A stretch of 64,000 nucleotides of DNA from NCBI GenBank assembly GCA_011364905.1, contig RDNZ01000001.1:54025-118024 (forward strand), in the 5' to 3' direction. Source of the DNA: Candidatus Thorarchaeota archaeon (GTDB lineage: Archaea > Asgardarchaeota > Thorarchaeia > Thorarchaeales > Thorarchaeaceae). Below are positions 38,438 to 47,732 of this stretch, in pieces (the first letter of the stretch is position 1; each line of letters starts with the position of its first letter). Position numbers and translations under genes: made by a program. The notes under the pieces are model-generated. The model saw nothing but the letters and a program-made list of their open reading frames with translations. It had not been told where the DNA came from and ran no database searches.

Positions 38438-40330
38438 TTATACTTCTCGTGAGAAAATTGGCTGGAGGGAGATCATCTTTGGCAGGAGTAACCTCTGTTT
38501 AGGCGCAAAGGATGTCTTGTTGTTTATCTCCTTAACAAGCTCTTTTTCACTCATTACGACCTGGTCCTTTAACTCACGCCTTCGAACAGCCAGTTTTCCG
38601 CTTTCCTTCTCTTTCTCACCTACGACACAAATGTACGGAATCCAAAGCTTTTCAGCGGACCTGATTTTCTTACCTAAGGTCTGTTGACGATCGTCTATCT
38701 CATAACGAATACCAGCTTTGTCTAGTGACTTGCCTAATGATACACAGTAGTCGATAAAGCTCTCATTAACTGGTACCAATCGCACTTGCACAGGAGTCAT
38801 CCAAAGTGGAAGATGAGGTACTTTACCGGTCTTCAAATCCTTGTATGCCTGCTCGAGCACTCCGTAGAGAATTCGCTCTATAGAACCCGATGGGGAGGTA
38901 TGAAGGATCAGAGGATGTTGTTCTTTGCCTTCAGCATCAACATAGGTGATATTGAATCGTTCTCCATTCTCAACATCGATTTGTATCGTGCCAAGACAAG
39001 CCGCTTTCTTTTGCTCATCGACAACGTTCCACTCGCCCTTGAAGATAAAATAGGCATACCGTTCATCGAAGAGTTCCAACATGACAGGCTTACCAACTTT
39101 CGCTACGACTCCTTCAACGAACTCTTTGTTTTCGTCGAAGAACGAGCGTAGAATCCTGAAGGAAACTTCGTAGGTTACCTCTAGTTCGTTCATCAACTTA
39201 GTGACGAATACAAGCTGGTTGTTAACAGCGGTTTTTGCCATCTCTACATCTGCAACTATTTCATGGATATCCGGCATTGTGAAGGCACGGGGTCTCCTCA
39301 TGCCAGCCAACTCGCCGCTTTGCTCGCGCCTGTATGATGGAGCTATCTCAAACAGCTTCAGTGGTAGCTGCTTGTAAGTCACCAGAGCCTGAGATATTAA
39401 TAGGAATTGCCCAAAGCAGGCCGAGAATCTGGCAAAATAGTCCTTGTCTCCAGACCGCACTACATACTGTCTTGATGGGAACCTTTGAAGGTATGACTTC
39501 AACGACGGATGTTGATAATCATATATCAGCGGAGTTTGAACAACGTGCGCGCCGTAGTCCACCATCTCCGCAGTGACGCGCTCCTCCACTGCTTTCTTCA
39601 AAGTCAGACCACGCGGAGGCCACCTGAAATTGCCCGCGTCGGAACCCGGTTCATAATCAACCAGCTCTAGCTGACGCATTAGCTCTATATGCGGAGGAGG
39701 TTCCTGGGCAGTTCTATCCTTTGCAGTTTCGTAGTTGACATAGAGCTCTAGTTCTTTGTGTTTGGCATATTTGAACTCCTTCACGGGAGTCATCTTACCA
39801 CTAGGATCCATGATGAAGAACTCAGACGTGGACTTCTCTTCAGCAACAAGAGCCGTTAGGTCCTCTCCTTCAGTGACATCAACATCTGCAGTTTTCGCTA
39901 TCTCCTTGGATATGTCTAGGACTTTCGAGCGTTCTGCAAGAGGGTGGCCTTTGCAATGAAGTCTAAAAGCTTTGTACCAACCGAAGGGAACGCGGACTAC
40001 TTTGAATCCTCTCTCTTTGAGGTCTTTCTCAACGCCCTTGAGCAGTTTCAGAGCAACCGACGGTTTCGATGGGCTTTCAGTCAGGTGAACCCATGGGTAC
40101 ACAATGATGTTTTTCTCTTTGACCTCGTCAGCGGCATTTGCTATCATTTCAGAAGTCGCTTTGATTGCCGCGTTTACATTCTTGGCATCGGTTGTTTCAG
40201 CAGCGATGAAATTGACTAAGCAGGAATCCTCAGTATTATAGGACTTTTCTTTCACTTCTTCTGCGTTCTTGAGCGCTTTTCTCTTGGCTTCATAGGAAAA
40301 GCCATCGCTGTGAATCTGTAGCATCCTCAT
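38438..40330 (-). CDS. thrS: Threonyl-tRNA synthetase, archaeal type, with the N-terminal D-aminoacyl-tRNA-deacylase-like editing domain.
   Basis: The N-terminus MRMLQIHSDGFSYEAKRKALKNAEE...VALKLLKGVEKDLKERGFKVVRVPFGWYKAFRLHCKGHPLAE closely matches archaeal ThrRS editing domains. A class II catalytic core and a C-terminal anticodon-binding domain follow. Length 630 aa. Confidence 0.9.
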   Translation of the reverse strand: MRMLQIHSDGFSYEAKRKALKNAEEVKEKSYNTEDSCLVNFIAAETTDAKNVNAAIKATSEMIANAADEVKEKNIIVYPWVHLTESPSKPSVALKLLKGVEKDLKERGFKVVRVPFGWYKAFRLHCKGHPLAERSKVLDISKEIAKTADVDVTEGEDLTALVAEEKSTSEFFIMDPSGKMTPVKEFKYAKHKELELYVNYETAKDRTAQEPPPHIELMRQLELVDYEPGSDAGNFRWPPRGLTLKKAVEERVTAEMVDYGAHVVQTPLIYDYQHPSLKSYLQRFPSRQYVVRSGDKDYFARFSACFGQFLLISQALVTYKQLPLKLFEIAPSYRREQSGELAGMRRPRAFTMPDIHEIVADVEMAKTAVNNQLVFVTKLMNELEVTYEVSFRILRSFFDENKEFVEGVVAKVGKPVMLELFDERYAYFIFKGEWNVVDEQKKAACLGTIQIDVENGERFNITYVDAEGKEQHPLILHTSPSGSIERILYGVLEQAYKDLKTGKVPHLPLWMTPVQVRLVPVNESFIDYCVSLGKSLDKAGIRYEIDDRQQTLGKKIRSAEKLWIPYICVVGEKEKESGKLAVRRRELKDQVVMSEKELVKEINNKTSFAPKQRLLLPKMISLQPIFSREV

Positions 40331-40376
40331 GTAAAGACCTCAACTGATTCTGTGAGGTTTCATTTCTCACTTAAGC

Positions 40377-40973
40377 TTGGCGCAAGGGAGTAATGGAGAA
40401 TATATAGTTCATTTTCTGAGTGAGAAGTTAAAAGGTGAAAAGGATGATACATTAATCGAAGGGTTTGTTTTGAAGACCGAATTGTTGCTGCAATTCTTCA
40501 ATTTTCTCCAAAATAATGTTGAACCTCTTCCAGAACCATTGAGAACAATTTTCTTCGATTCCCTGTTGCTATGCGCAATAATAATCCCCATACTTGCTTG
40601 TGCGATCTCGATGATACAATATAGAAGAACCAAGAAACGTGTGCAGGACTTGGGATCTTCTTGGGAGGAGGTTGATGGTCAAATTCCCAAGACAGAAGAT
40701 GTATGGCTTGATAACTTGCAAGGCTGTGGTCTTATACTACTAATTGTCTCTGCCGTCATATTTGTTATACTCTTTGTCATTTTTGGTGAAATAGTTCGTG
40801 ATGTCACTGTAGTTATTCTGTTTAGTTTCGCGATTTTGTTTATAATGGTGATATGTCCAATAATGATGATTTGGGCTGTAAGAGTAGAATCTAGAAGGAA
40901 TGCCGAGAGAATCAAACTGGCAGAGGAAAAGAGAACAAAACAAGAAACCGGAGACAACACGGAGTTCATGTAA
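40377..40973 (+). CDS. Hypothetical membrane protein (3-4 TM helices) with a charged C-terminal tail.
   Basis: Hydrophobic helices LLLCAIIIPILACAISMI and LILLIVSAVIFVILFVIFG. No known motif. Confidence 0.4.
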   Translation: MAQGSNGEYIVHFLSEKLKGEKDDTLIEGFVLKTELLLQFFNFLQNNVEPLPEPLRTIFFDSLLLCAIIIPILACAISMIQYRRTKKRVQDLGSSWEEVDGQIPKTEDVWLDNLQGCGLILLIVSAVIFVILFVIFGEIVRDVTVVILFSFAILFIMVICPIMMIWAVRVESRRNAERIKLAEEKRTKQETGDNTEFM

Positions 40974-40988
40974 ATTCTCACCAAGCTC

Positions 40989-40995
40989 AATATAA
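40989..40995 (+). promoter_or_regulatory. TATA-like box (AATATAA) 24 nt upstream of the thiolase ATG, implying a leaderless transcript.
   Basis: The sequence is caatataaggcacagatacagatatgcaaacATG. Confidence 0.3.
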
Positions 40996-41018
40996 GGCAC
41001 AGATACAGATATGCAAAC

Positions 41019-42233
41019 ATGAAAGACATAGTTGTCGTATCAGCGTGCCGAAGTTCAATTGGTGCATTCGGAGGGTCATTGAAAGATCTACAGGCTCCAG
41101 AGCTTGGAGGACAAGTTATCAGAGCAGCCGTCGAACGGGCGGCAATCGATCCCGCAATCATTGGAGACCTTCGATTTGGAAACTGCTTCGAACCGCCAAA
41201 GGCATTGAATGTTGCTAGAATCTCAGCATTACTTGGAGGTATTCCATGGACTGTGCCTGCAGTCACAATCAATAGAGTGTGTACTTCAGCAATGGAAGCA
41301 ATCATCAGTGGTGCACTCCAAATCCAGACGGGATTCACCGATGTTGTTCTTGCTGGCGGCGTCGAATCAATGTCAAATGTACCATATTGCGTGGAGAACG
41401 CACGTTGGGGCATGAGACTCTTCGATGGTGTCTTTATGGATGCGTTGACCACGGGACTTCATGCTGGAAGTCACTTCTATCCTCATCCAGAAACAGGAAA
41501 AAACTACATCATGGGTGAAACAGCCGAGTTTCTCAACGACAAGTATGGATTCTCCAGAGAGGACCAAGACATCGTCGCATTAAACTCACAGAACAATGCA
41601 GAGAGGGCAACTAATGAAGGGGAGTTCAAGGAGGAGATTGTCCCCATTGAGGTCAAAGGTCGAAAAGAAACGAAACTGGTTGAGAAAGATGAGCATTTCA
41701 GACCCGGGCTCACAATGGAAGATCTTGCGAAACTGCGACCAGCTTTCAGAAAAGACGGAACAGTGACAGCTGGTAACTCCAGCGGAATCAACGATGGTGC
41801 GGCTGCGTTGGTCATCTTGTCACAAGGGAAAGCAGATGAGTTGGGAATTAAACCACTAGCAAGACTTACAGGCTATGGTATGGGATGTAGTGAACCTCAT
41901 CTGATGGGAGAGTCTCCAATAGCGGCTGTCAAGAACTTGATTGAAAGGACTGGTCAGGGATTCGAAGATTGGGAATTGGTTGAACTGAATGAGGCCTTTG
42001 CGAGTCAATTCTTGGCAGTCGAGAAAGGACTAAAGCCTCTTGGTTTTGATCGAGAGAAAGTCAATGTGAATGGTTCAGGAATAGGTTTAGGCCACCCAGT
42101 AGGTTGTACTGGAGCTCGGATAGTTGTTACACTACTTCACGCGCTTAGGAAACGCGGTCTCAAATCAGGAATGGCCACGTTATGTGGTGGCGGTGGAGTC
42201 AGTACTGCAACTACATGGGAACTGATCCAATAG
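41019..42233 (+). CDS. Acetyl-CoA C-acetyltransferase (thiolase II).
   Basis: The N-terminus is MKDIVVVSACRSSIGAFGGSL. The active-site Cys region is NRVCTSAMEAI. The C-terminal motifs are NEAFASQ and GHPVGCTGARIVVTLLHAL...CGGGG. Length 404 aa. Confidence 0.9.
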   Translation: MKDIVVVSACRSSIGAFGGSLKDLQAPELGGQVIRAAVERAAIDPAIIGDLRFGNCFEPPKALNVARISALLGGIPWTVPAVTINRVCTSAMEAIISGALQIQTGFTDVVLAGGVESMSNVPYCVENARWGMRLFDGVFMDALTTGLHAGSHFYPHPETGKNYIMGETAEFLNDKYGFSREDQDIVALNSQNNAERATNEGEFKEEIVPIEVKGRKETKLVEKDEHFRPGLTMEDLAKLRPAFRKDGTVTAGNSSGINDGAAALVILSQGKADELGIKPLARLTGYGMGCSEPHLMGESPIAAVKNLIERTGQGFEDWELVELNEAFASQFLAVEKGLKPLGFDREKVNVNGSGIGLGHPVGCTGARIVVTLLHALRKRGLKSGMATLCGGGGVSTATTWELIQ

Positions 42234-42239
42234 ATTAGA

Positions 42240-43037
42240 CTACCTTACTCGACGTTTGGCGAGTATAGCGACCAGTACAACTACTCCGAGAGTAATTCCT
42301 ATACCGATGATTATGACAGTCTCAAAAAAGAAAGGTGGAGGAGTTGGCGTGAGAGTTGATGGTAGTACATATGCTATCACTGTGTCAGATGCGGTATTCC
42401 CAATATCATCTTCGAGAACAATTGTAATGTTATAAACGCCAAACTGAAGTGATGACAGGGGTACAATAATTGGAATACCTGAGGTCCATGAACCTGAAAC
42501 CATCTCTGTACCATTTCGATAGACTGTATATGTGTCAGGGTCTGAATCACTCGCAATCCAAGTGCAGTTAGCAGTCGGATCACCTGCGAAAAAGATCACA
42601 AACAATGGGTGGTTGACTATTGGTGGAGAATAAGCATCAACAACAACTGTAACAAATACTGTTGATGTGGAGTGTTGAGAAAACATGTCATCAAGTAACA
42701 AAGTGTAGTTGTAAGCCCCAACACTTAAACCATCTATATTCCAAGTGAGGCTTGTAGGATTGTCTACCATATTGTCAATGAAAATCATCGTACCATCCAA
42801 GTACAGTTCTACAGCAGCTAAATTCTCATCAGAATATTCCCAATAGAGAGTATTTCCAGTTGTCCCCTCTACATAACTCAGATCTGCAGGTTCGGTTGAG
42901 ATGACTGGAGGACCACTGTCTTGATAGGTTTCATCTAACAATCCAGTTTCAGCAAACCCAATTTCAATCCGAGAACAGGCTAGTGTAATCACTAAGAATA
43001 TGCTTAGAATTATCGGGATATACGATGTTTTTTGCAT
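42240..43037 (-). CDS. Secreted surface-anchored protein with Ig/FN3-like beta-sandwich domains and a C-terminal TM anchor. Start chosen at MQKTSY; the ORF extends to 43124.
   Basis: Signal peptide MQKTSYIPIILSIFLVITLACS. The C-terminal helix is VIIIGIGITLGVVVLVAILA followed by KRRVR. NxT/S sequons are present. Confidence 0.55.
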   Translation of the reverse strand: MQKTSYIPIILSIFLVITLACSRIEIGFAETGLLDETYQDSGPPVISTEPADLSYVEGTTGNTLYWEYSDENLAAVELYLDGTMIFIDNMVDNPTSLTWNIDGLSVGAYNYTLLLDDMFSQHSTSTVFVTVVVDAYSPPIVNHPLFVIFFAGDPTANCTWIASDSDPDTYTVYRNGTEMVSGSWTSGIPIIVPLSSLQFGVYNITIVLEDDIGNTASDTVIAYVLPSTLTPTPPPFFFETVIIIGIGITLGVVVLVAILAKRRVR

Positions 43038-43162
43038 GAAACTCCAATCTCCTGACGTAAACGCATACCTACCACCATTTAGATTTAATGGTGGCTTTCC
43101 GCCAAATCTGGGGTTTTGCTCCACCTACATCTTTATTAACAAATGCACTATTGTTAATAATT

Positions 43163-44590
43163 ATGAAGGAGTACGATCTCATTGTTATTGGCTCAGGTGC
43201 GGGTATGAACATAGCTTCGGACGCATATCAACAGGGACTTAGAGTAGCAGTTATTGAGCATGGACCGATGGGAGGCACCTGTCTAAATCGTGGTTGCATC
43301 CCTACTAAGATTCTAACATATGTAGCGGATATCATTACACAAGCAAGACATCTGAAGGAACTTGGTGTTGAAATCGACATCAGGAAGATAGACTATCCAT
43401 GGATAATGAGGAGGATGCGAGATGAAGTTGATGGCGACAGTAGGATACAAGGCGAGTCTGTCGATGAAGCAGAGGGCATTGACTGGTATAAGCAAACCGG
43501 AGCTTTCGTAGATGACTACACTCTTGAAATCGAAGGCGAGCAAATCAAGGCGCCTAACATCATCATCGCAGCAGGTTCAAGGCCACTGGTTCCAAATATC
43601 AAAGGGATTGACAAAGTAGCATATCTCACCAATAATGAAGCTCTTCACCTCATGAAACAGCCAAAGTCAATGTTGATTATAGGCGGAGGATACATCGCAA
43701 CGGAATTTGGTCACTTCTTTTCAGCTGTTGGGACCGAAGTCACAATCATTGGAAGAAACAAGTATCTTGTAAAGAAAGAAGACTCTGATATTTCGGATAT
43801 TCTCAAGCGAGAACTCTCGAAAAGGATGAAGGTCTACACAAATCACGAAGTTGTTGAGGTCAAGGAAGAAAATGGAGAGAAGATAATTATTGCAGAGGAC
43901 AGAGAATCCGGTTTAAAGAGAGAGTTCCGTGGTGAGACCATCCTACTTGCAGCGGGGAGGCAATCTAATGCTGATCTATTCAAACCCGAGAAGACAGGTG
44001 TGAAGGTTGACAAGAATGGCTGGATAATCGTTGATGAACATTTCGGGACAAGCAAGAAGGGCATCTGGTCATTTGGCGATGCCATTGGCAGATATCAGTT
44101 CAGACATGTGGCAAATGATGAGTCACAAATCGTGTGGTACAACTTTGTTCAGACGCTCAATGCTCAGCATCAAGGTTCAAAACCTGAGCTTCTGACAATG
44201 GATTATCATGCCATCCCTCATGCCGTCTTCTCATACCCTCCAATAGCAACTGTCGGAATGACCCTCAAGGAGGCAAAAGAGTCCAAGAGAAGACTATTGG
44301 TCGGTAGTGCAGACTACTCAATTGCTGCCAAAGGATTTGCCATGGGCAATCCCCCCTCATTGGTTCGGGTCATTGTTGATGCTGATACTCAAAAGATACT
44401 TGGTGCGTCAATAATTGGACCTTATGCGCCCATTCTGATTCAGGAGATCATTAATCTCATGTATACGCAAGATGGGAGCTATCGTCCCATGTTTCAAGCA
44501 ATTCATATCCATCCTGCGCTGCCAGAGGTAGTTCAACGTGCATTTGGCAGACTGGCACCGATTGATGGAATTCATGAGCATCACCACTGA
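43163..44590 (+). CDS. Class I pyridine nucleotide-disulfide oxidoreductase, dihydrolipoamide dehydrogenase family. Start chosen at MKEYDLIVIG.
   Basis: FAD-binding motif DLIVIGSGAGMN. Redox-active disulfide GGTCLNRGCIPTK. NAD-binding motif IIGGGYIATEFG. C-terminal dimerisation His-Pro...Glu is IHIHPALPE. Confidence 0.8.
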   Translation: MKEYDLIVIGSGAGMNIASDAYQQGLRVAVIEHGPMGGTCLNRGCIPTKILTYVADIITQARHLKELGVEIDIRKIDYPWIMRRMRDEVDGDSRIQGESVDEAEGIDWYKQTGAFVDDYTLEIEGEQIKAPNIIIAAGSRPLVPNIKGIDKVAYLTNNEALHLMKQPKSMLIIGGGYIATEFGHFFSAVGTEVTIIGRNKYLVKKEDSDISDILKRELSKRMKVYTNHEVVEVKEENGEKIIIAEDRESGLKREFRGETILLAAGRQSNADLFKPEKTGVKVDKNGWIIVDEHFGTSKKGIWSFGDAIGRYQFRHVANDESQIVWYNFVQTLNAQHQGSKPELLTMDYHAIPHAVFSYPPIATVGMTLKEAKESKRRLLVGSADYSIAAKGFAMGNPPSLVRVIVDADTQKILGASIIGPYAPILIQEIINLMYTQDGSYRPMFQAIHIHPALPEVVQRAFGRLAPIDGIHEHHH

Positions 44591-44719
44591 ATGTGCTTCA
44601 CATATTATTAGACAGGTGTAAAGAAACCGTTTTCAAAACCTGTGTGGAACAAAAGGGTAGAGTTAGTTACGAAGGACTTTTCTTAATGATTGCATAGTAG
44701 CAATTTCAGGTGATTCAGG

Positions 44720-44974
44720 ATGGGAGAAAAGAAAAAAATTGGAGTCATCACAAGGTACTTTCACAAAATCGGGGTTGCTGCAATCATGCTGGAAGATCAA
44801 CTAAATGTTGGTAGCAAAATCAGTATCGAAGGAGCAACGACCAACTTCGAGATGACTATTAACTCAATGCAGATTGATCGAGCTAATATTGAATCCGGTT
44901 CAAAAGGACAGGAGATTGCCATCAAGGTTCCGGACAGAGTACGAGAGCACGATGAAGTTTTTCTAGTAGAGTAG
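44720..44974 (+). CDS. Small (84 aa) stand-alone beta-barrel protein resembling domain 2 of translational GTPases. Function unknown.
   Basis: KIGVITRYFHKIGVAAIMLEDQLNVGSKISIEG...EIAIKVPDRV resembles EF-Tu/aIF2 beta-barrel domain strands. No G domain is present. Confidence 0.35.
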   Translation: MGEKKKIGVITRYFHKIGVAAIMLEDQLNVGSKISIEGATTNFEMTINSMQIDRANIESGSKGQEIAIKVPDRVREHDEVFLVE

Positions 44975-45065
44975 GTAGAACTCCTCATGTGCGCGTCACT
45001 CTATTATTAGCCAAGCAATCATCTGCATTTTTGAAATCGATTAGTATCAATAAGCGATTCTTCAA

Positions 45066-45686
45066 CTAAGGTTTCTTCATCATTCGTGTGCCATCGCGAG
45101 AAATAAGCTCGTCACCCTCGCCTTCCGCCAAATTCTCATATCTGGCCATGACGAATATCAGATCGGAAAGGCGGTTGATGTATTTGATGAGATCTTGGTT
45201 TACTGGCTGTATCTTGGCAAATTGAACAATTCTTCGCTCTGCCCTTCTACAGACTGTTCGAGCAACATGAAGAAAAGCTGCGCCCTTGGTACCTCCGGGG
45301 ACAACAAAATTGGTGAGTAGCGGGAGTTCCTCTGATAGTTCATCAGCAACCTGCTCCAAGAAGTCAACATCTTGTTTGGTAATCCTCTTGAGATCCTTTA
45401 TTGGGTCGTCAGCATCTAGCGAGTCTAGATTTGTAGCCAATTCAGCATTCACGAGGAAAAGTTTCTGCTGAATTCCGTGAATATAGTCCGCAATTCGTTT
45501 TGATGCATGGACCTTTGCAACGCCTAAGGTTGTACCTAGTTCATCTACGGTCCCATACGCTTCAACACGAGAGTCTGTCTTATCGATTCGCTCGCCAGAT
45601 AAAAGACCAGTTTCTCCTTTGTCTCCAGCTCTAGTGTAGATACGTTTTGACAAGATACCACCAAGTTGAGGTTTATCCAAGTCCAA
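45066..45686 (-). CDS. ATP:cob(I)alamin adenosyltransferase, PduO type.
   Basis: The motif KRIYTRAGDKGETGLLSGER matches the PduO-type signature (IYTRTGDKGET). Helical-bundle size is 206 aa. Confidence 0.8.
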   Translation of the reverse strand: MDLDKPQLGGILSKRIYTRAGDKGETGLLSGERIDKTDSRVEAYGTVDELGTTLGVAKVHASKRIADYIHGIQQKLFLVNAELATNLDSLDADDPIKDLKRITKQDVDFLEQVADELSEELPLLTNFVVPGGTKGAAFLHVARTVCRRAERRIVQFAKIQPVNQDLIKYINRLSDLIFVMARYENLAEGEGDELISRDGTRMMKKP

Positions 45687-45784
45687 ATGATTAGCTTTTC
45701 TCTCTATACCTAATATGGAATAAACTGACTTACATGCCCCTTAAATACAACCTCAGTACAAAGTGTTGATTTATCGGGGTTATT

Positions 45785-47632
45785 GTGATGTCGTCAAAAA
45801 GGAAGAAACTTGAACTTGAAGAACTATTAGCTCTGCCTACCAGTTTTTGGGGAGCTTTAGGCAAGATCAGTGACAAGATTGTCTATATTTCAAATAAGAC
45901 CGGACCTCCGGAGCTGCATCTGCTTGACTTGGACACTATGAAGTTCTCTCAATTGACTGATGGTAATTTTCCCAAGAGCCCTGGGGGCTATCATAAATGG
46001 GCTCCAGATGACTCTTATGTACTCTTCACTAAAGATCCAATTGAGGGTAATGAAAAATACGATATTTACAGCATCTCAATTCAAGATGGGAAAATCACTC
46101 AACTAACAAATACCCCTGAAAATCGGGATGATTTAGGCGAGGTGAGCCATGATGGTAAATGGATTGTTTTCTCCTCCGACCGTTCAGGAGGTGTTGCCCA
46201 GCTATTCAGAATGAAGGTGGATGGCACTGATGTCATTCAATTGACTGATCATACCCGGCCAGTCGCTTCCTGGTATGAATTTTGGATATCGCCGGATGAT
46301 GAATGGATTGCCTATACAGCAAATGATAGTGAGAATTTAAGGAATCTAGATGTCTGGATTGTGAGAAGTGATGGATCTGAGAAGAGGAAAATCTACTCAG
46401 CAAAGGATGGCTCACAGGAAATTGCTGCAGATTGGTCAAAAAATGGTTCAAAGCTACTGATTATGTCGGATCATTCAGGAATTGAACGTGCGGGAATATG
46501 CGACTTAGAATCTGGTGAAGTAAAATGGTTTGGCAAAGGAATCAATCCAGAAACCCCGATTGTATTCACACCAAATTCTGAACAAATACTAGTTCAACGC
46601 GATGCCGATGCAGAAATGAAGCTCATTCTATATGATGTGAAATCAGGAAACGAGATCCCACTTAAGATTCCACCAGGCTCCGCAGGAGGTCGACATTTTA
46701 CAGTCGATGGATCTCGGCTTTTAATTGGCCATCAGGATTCCATTCATCGGATGCGCTACTTACTTTATGACATAACTAACCATAATTACAAAGAGATTAT
46801 TCCTGCTGATTATGGACGTTACACACCCGATGACTTTCATCCGGATGAATATATTAGCTACAAATCCAATGGTGTGACAATTCATGCTATTCTCTACAAA
46901 CCAAAGGAATTGCTTCCCAACAAAAAACTACCAGCAATTATAATGCCTCATGGAGGTCCTACGGGGCATTATCCAAGATTGTTTGATGTATATTCTCAAG
47001 TCTTAGTAGACAGGGGGTATGTTATCTTGCTGCCCAATGTTAGAGGATCAACCGGATATGGTGTCGAGTTTAGAGATGCTTGTCTAAACGACTGGGGAGG
47101 AAAAGACTTGGATGACATTGAAGCAGGTGTAAAGTATCTAAGAAGTCTCAAATATGTCGATCACACGCGAATAGGGATAACTGGTGGGAGTTATGGAGGG
47201 TATATGACCTTCATGGCTGTAACAAAGAAACCTGACCTCTGGAAGGCAGCATCTGCATATATGGGAATTACTTCTTTGAAACACCTCTATGATAAGTGCC
47301 TTGAAACATATCCTGCGCTCTCGTATTATCTTGAGGAGCAAATGGGAAAACCTGATTCAAAAGAAACACTGGATTTGTGGGAGGATCGTAGTGCAATCAA
47401 TTTCGTTGAGAAGATGACAACGAAACTGCAAATCATTCATGGAGAGAATGATCCGAGATGTCCACTTGAGCAAGCTGAGATGTTTAAGGACAGGTTATTG
47501 GAGTTGGGCAAGAAGGAAGTTAAAGACTTCGAGTACATTGTTCTTTCTGACGAAGGTCACGGCTCATTTGACACTGCCCAACGAATAAGAATGTTCAAGC
47601 ATCTCGTTGATTATTTCTACAGAGAACTGTAA
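45785..47632 (+). CDS. S9-family serine peptidase (acylaminoacyl-peptidase / prolyl oligopeptidase-like) with an N-terminal TolB-like beta-propeller.
   Basis: Propeller repeats are followed by the catalytic domain with nucleophile GITGGSYGGYM (GxSxG). Asp and His lie near the C-terminus (LSDEGHGSF). Length 615 aa. Confidence 0.8.
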   Translation: MMSSKRKKLELEELLALPTSFWGALGKISDKIVYISNKTGPPELHLLDLDTMKFSQLTDGNFPKSPGGYHKWAPDDSYVLFTKDPIEGNEKYDIYSISIQDGKITQLTNTPENRDDLGEVSHDGKWIVFSSDRSGGVAQLFRMKVDGTDVIQLTDHTRPVASWYEFWISPDDEWIAYTANDSENLRNLDVWIVRSDGSEKRKIYSAKDGSQEIAADWSKNGSKLLIMSDHSGIERAGICDLESGEVKWFGKGINPETPIVFTPNSEQILVQRDADAEMKLILYDVKSGNEIPLKIPPGSAGGRHFTVDGSRLLIGHQDSIHRMRYLLYDITNHNYKEIIPADYGRYTPDDFHPDEYISYKSNGVTIHAILYKPKELLPNKKLPAIIMPHGGPTGHYPRLFDVYSQVLVDRGYVILLPNVRGSTGYGVEFRDACLNDWGGKDLDDIEAGVKYLRSLKYVDHTRIGITGGSYGGYMTFMAVTKKPDLWKAASAYMGITSLKHLYDKCLETYPALSYYLEEQMGKPDSKETLDLWEDRSAINFVEKMTTKLQIIHGENDPRCPLEQAEMFKDRLLELGKKEVKDFEYIVLSDEGHGSFDTAQRIRMFKHLVDYFYREL

Positions 47633-47732
47633 TCAGCAATCAATGACTAGTCCACAAGTACATCATTCAGTTGGTTTTCTTTCAGATCAGTTGCAGAAAT
47701 GTTAATCTTTTGGAGTTCTGACTGGTCAACTA

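Noticed and set aside
40679-41452. 257-aa minus-strand ORF overlapping the thiolase start and the upstream membrane protein
   Set aside because: It lies antisense to two well-supported genes, has low-complexity Ser/Thr/Ile-rich composition and no motif. It is typical of spurious antisense ORFs.
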